From Felis catus (taxonomy: Eukaryota): DNA of 64,000 nucleotides. The translations under genes were made by a program, and so were the position numbers. Below the pieces are notes generated by a model. That model did not search any database. It saw nothing but the letters and a program-made list of their open reading frames with translations, and was not told where the DNA came from. Below, piece by piece: positions 61,046-64,000 of this stretch (the first letter of the stretch is position 1; each line of letters begins with the position of its first letter). The stretch lies in NCBI RefSeq assembly GCF_018350175.1, contig NC_058369.1:27220001-27284000 (forward strand), written 5' to 3'.

Positions 61046-63229
61046 AGCACAGACTTAACGGTGAGGTGTCTCGGAGGCAGGTACGAATGAGGTTTATAAA
61101 CAAGTAGCAAAGCTCATGGTACCTCATTACTACTTGTGCAGAGAATAAGAGATCCAGGGTGCATATTGGAATTTCAGAACGTGAACAATTCAAGGAATAG
61201 GGATGAAAAGAGGTAGTTACAAACAGGAATTGGTTTTTTTGTCCCCCTGCAGGAAGGCCTAGCTTTCCCATGAGTGTATCAGAATTGCCCACTTTGGGGT
61301 GGCAGGGACCATCCAGCTCTACCGCAGGAGGTCCCCAGATATCTGAGTGGAAAGAGTAATGGAAGGGAATCTACTGGATCCTGTAAAAATCCAAAGCAGT
61401 TGGTATTAGAATGTAAAAAGCTTTTGTTGTGTAAATGGGTTGTTGAGTTGGTTTAGCTGAAGTGATTTTGAGAGAATGAATAAGGATTTTCCTACTTCTT
61501 GAAATTGAATGATGGGATATGGGAGGCTGTAACTTGGCTGAGGTGCTGGAGGCTAAGATCAAGTGGGTGCAGCAATGCTCGGGACCCATGAAGGGCCACC
61601 CCCTCTGCTATGCACTGGAAGTACAGCTGTGAAGACACTGTGGGCTCTACTCTGGAGGAACTGAGTCTGAATATGGAGGGCAATGGTCTTGGTTTCTCTC
61701 TAGGGCTTGGCTTATTACTTTCTTTCTAGTACACTGCTTTTCTCAGTAATCCAGTCAGTGACTCTATATTTAGCTTCTATTTTGACTCCAGACATTATCA
61801 CAAGTAAAGCTAATGAATAGCGGTAAACTCTGGGCTACATTCCCTTGAGTTGGGACAGTTGGGGACTTGTGATGTCACTGGGAATGCACAAGGTAGTTAA
61901 AGAGGCTGCCTTTTAAAATCTCCACCCTAGGTAAAGGGCTATGAGAATAAGGATTACACACACAATGCTTTTCTGGGGAAAACAAGACTGGTTTGGGATC
62001 TTTGTTGTGAAATCCTCTGTCAAAATTAATTAAGGGAACCACATAATTATAATTTATGCATCTAGATGGCCCCCGATGGTTTGTTTATTAATATGGGATT
62101 CGTTTTGAAACATCTGAAATAGCAATGAAAAGACTAAATGGCCTTTTTAGGGGGAATAAATCTTAGAGAGCTAAAAGAATCTTTGATTTAATTATAACTT
62201 CATGGCAGTTATGGTTAGGATGGGGACATTCCCCCCTTTAAACTTGATCATATTAGGTGTGAATCCTCCAATTAGGGGCCCTTGGATGGGAGGCCCTACG
62301 GAAAAGCCAGTATTACTTTTAAACTCTGGCCACATAACCAACAAACCTATTACAGGTGGCAAGGCTTGTAGGAGATAATTGCCAGCCCCCAGGTTCACAG
62401 GGAGGTGCTTGCTTCGAGATTGGGCTCCTCTGGCCCTTGATAAACACAGTTATCACTAACACACACATGCTGCTGAATATATTATTTCACTCACCAAATG
62501 GAGATTTAAAATGACTTTGCAACATGCCAAATTAGGTTAATTATCTTTTAAGAGTGTTTTGGAAAAAACTCTAAATGTTCTATTCTAAGGCTGCAGGGAA
62601 CCTGGCATGAGCTGGCCTTTCTTTATTTATTTAAAAAAATCACTTATTTTTTCCTCCTGCTTTCATTACTATTCTTTGCTTCCGCAGACACGCAGCAAAT
62701 ATCTCTCGTGGCACCCTCTTCCTCTGCCAGCCTAGTGTCCCTTCCATGGAGACCAAGGTCCTGTTGGAGAACCTCCCCTTCCTCATTCTCCATTCTTACC
62801 CACTGTGTCCTGGGAGAAGCCATAACTGAGCTCAGTTCTGGTTCTTGAAGATGCCCACCCATTTCCGTTATCCTGACATTTTGACAAAGACATCTCAGTT
62901 CAGCAAGGAGCCTCACGAGGCCAGAAGCAGGGACTTCTTCATCAGAGAATCCTAGCATGGGCACAAGCTCAGGAGGCAGGCTCCAATGGGTATGTGTCTA
63001 ATGGATGCCAGTGAAGTGTATCCACGCCACCAGAATGTAGTTGGCACTCAGTTGCTGGAATGGTGAACTGTGGGACTTCTTAGCTTAAAATTCCTTAAAC
63101 CTTTTTGCTTTCTGTGGGATAGAGTGAAAACTCTAATAGCACCTACAACGTCCCCCACCAGACTCCTGCCATGCCACTCTCAGTCTCTTTTAGCGTTTAA
63201 CCCATTAGAGGTTCTCAAGACCCTGAAGG

Positions 63230-63620
63230 TATCAAGCGTCTCCTTGCTGTTGCATTTCCAACATGCTCTTCGCTTTCCCTGAGGAGTCTTCTCCTCTCCA
63301 TCTCTACCTTCCATGTCCCTTTGCTGGTCAACTCCTGCTGCACTTGAGTTCTCTGCTTTGATCTTCTCTATGAAACCTCTCTGAGCCCCCAGTGCTGGTT
63401 CAGGCTTGTGTCTGTTTCCACAGCATCTCCTACCACCCCCACACTCCCAAATTACCCAGAACCTTCACCTTCAAGAGTGTGAGCTCATTGAGGACAGATA
63501 TCTTTCCTGTCTTATCTACTGTTGGATCCCTGGCCCGTATGCCCTTCCTAGAGCAGCTACTCAGTTGTCTGGTGTTGAAAGACTTAGTTGCCTCTGCATG
63601 TTCGTAGGTGAGTTAAATTG
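63230..63620 (+). mobile_element. L2 3' region
   Basis: ttctctatgaaacctctctgagccccc...gtgtgagctcattgaggacagatatc...ttcctagagcag. Confidence 0.55.
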
Positions 63621-64000
63621 TCATCAGAGAGAATAAGCCTCCAGACTTGGGGGCCTCATTAAGAATAGAATATTAACTCTGGAAGAACCTGAGCAGAAAG
63701 ACTTGAGAGGTGTATGGATTGCAGAGATTCTGCCATTATGGTAGCTGAGAAATGTCTTTGTCCTATGGGATCAGCAGCGTGCTGAGGGTGACTTCTAGAG
63801 CAGCTGATATTGGCATATCAGGATCTTCTAAGTAATCTGACTTAAACGGTGCTCTAGTACCAAAGGCTGGTGATCTTTGAAGTCTGTGAACTCCTAGAAT
63901 TAAACGAAAAGTCTTGTGTGTGAATGATAGAAGTAGTTATCCATCTCTGAAAACCTCCGCCCCTTTCCTCTTCCATACCCCATTAATTAGGATTTCCAAT

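Noticed and set aside
1..64000. CRISPR array, operon or other prokaryotic/viral system
   Set aside because: The window is mammalian repeat-rich DNA with no regularly spaced repeats and no long ORFs.

Overview
Mammalian, AT-rich, CpG-depleted genomic DNA, almost certainly from a felid: it carries about 18 carnivore tRNA-derived Can-SINEs, including young feline SINEC_Fc-type copies with perfect target-site duplications (TSDs). I recognise no protein-coding exon, RNA gene, CpG island or CRISPR/prokaryotic system. The supplied ORFs are chance frames, SINE translations or decayed L1 ORF2 pieces. The window is intergenic or deep intronic and is layered with old repeats: MIR, L2, L1MB/MC/ME, carnivore L1, MaLR/ERVL/ERV1 LTRs, a MaLR internal region with faint pol-like remnants, and hAT and Tigger MITEs. 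Several repeat-free, homeodomain-motif-rich blocks look like conserved developmental enhancers. The most unusual signals read directly from the sequence are local rearrangement scars. (1) A SINE's poly(A) tail and 3' TSD have been flipped by a ~37 bp micro-inversion, so the SINE is flanked by a perfect 16 bp inverted repeat. (2) A ~185 bp copy of nearby sequence has been pasted into the middle of another SINE without a TSD. (3) A fold-back palindrome plus duplication sits inside an L1. There is also a 41-nt pure poly(C) tract and a full MER53 hairpin with an intact miR-1302-like seed. Repeat family names were assigned by eye from remembered consensus sequences and boundaries are approximate. 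I found no convincing evidence of a new biological system.
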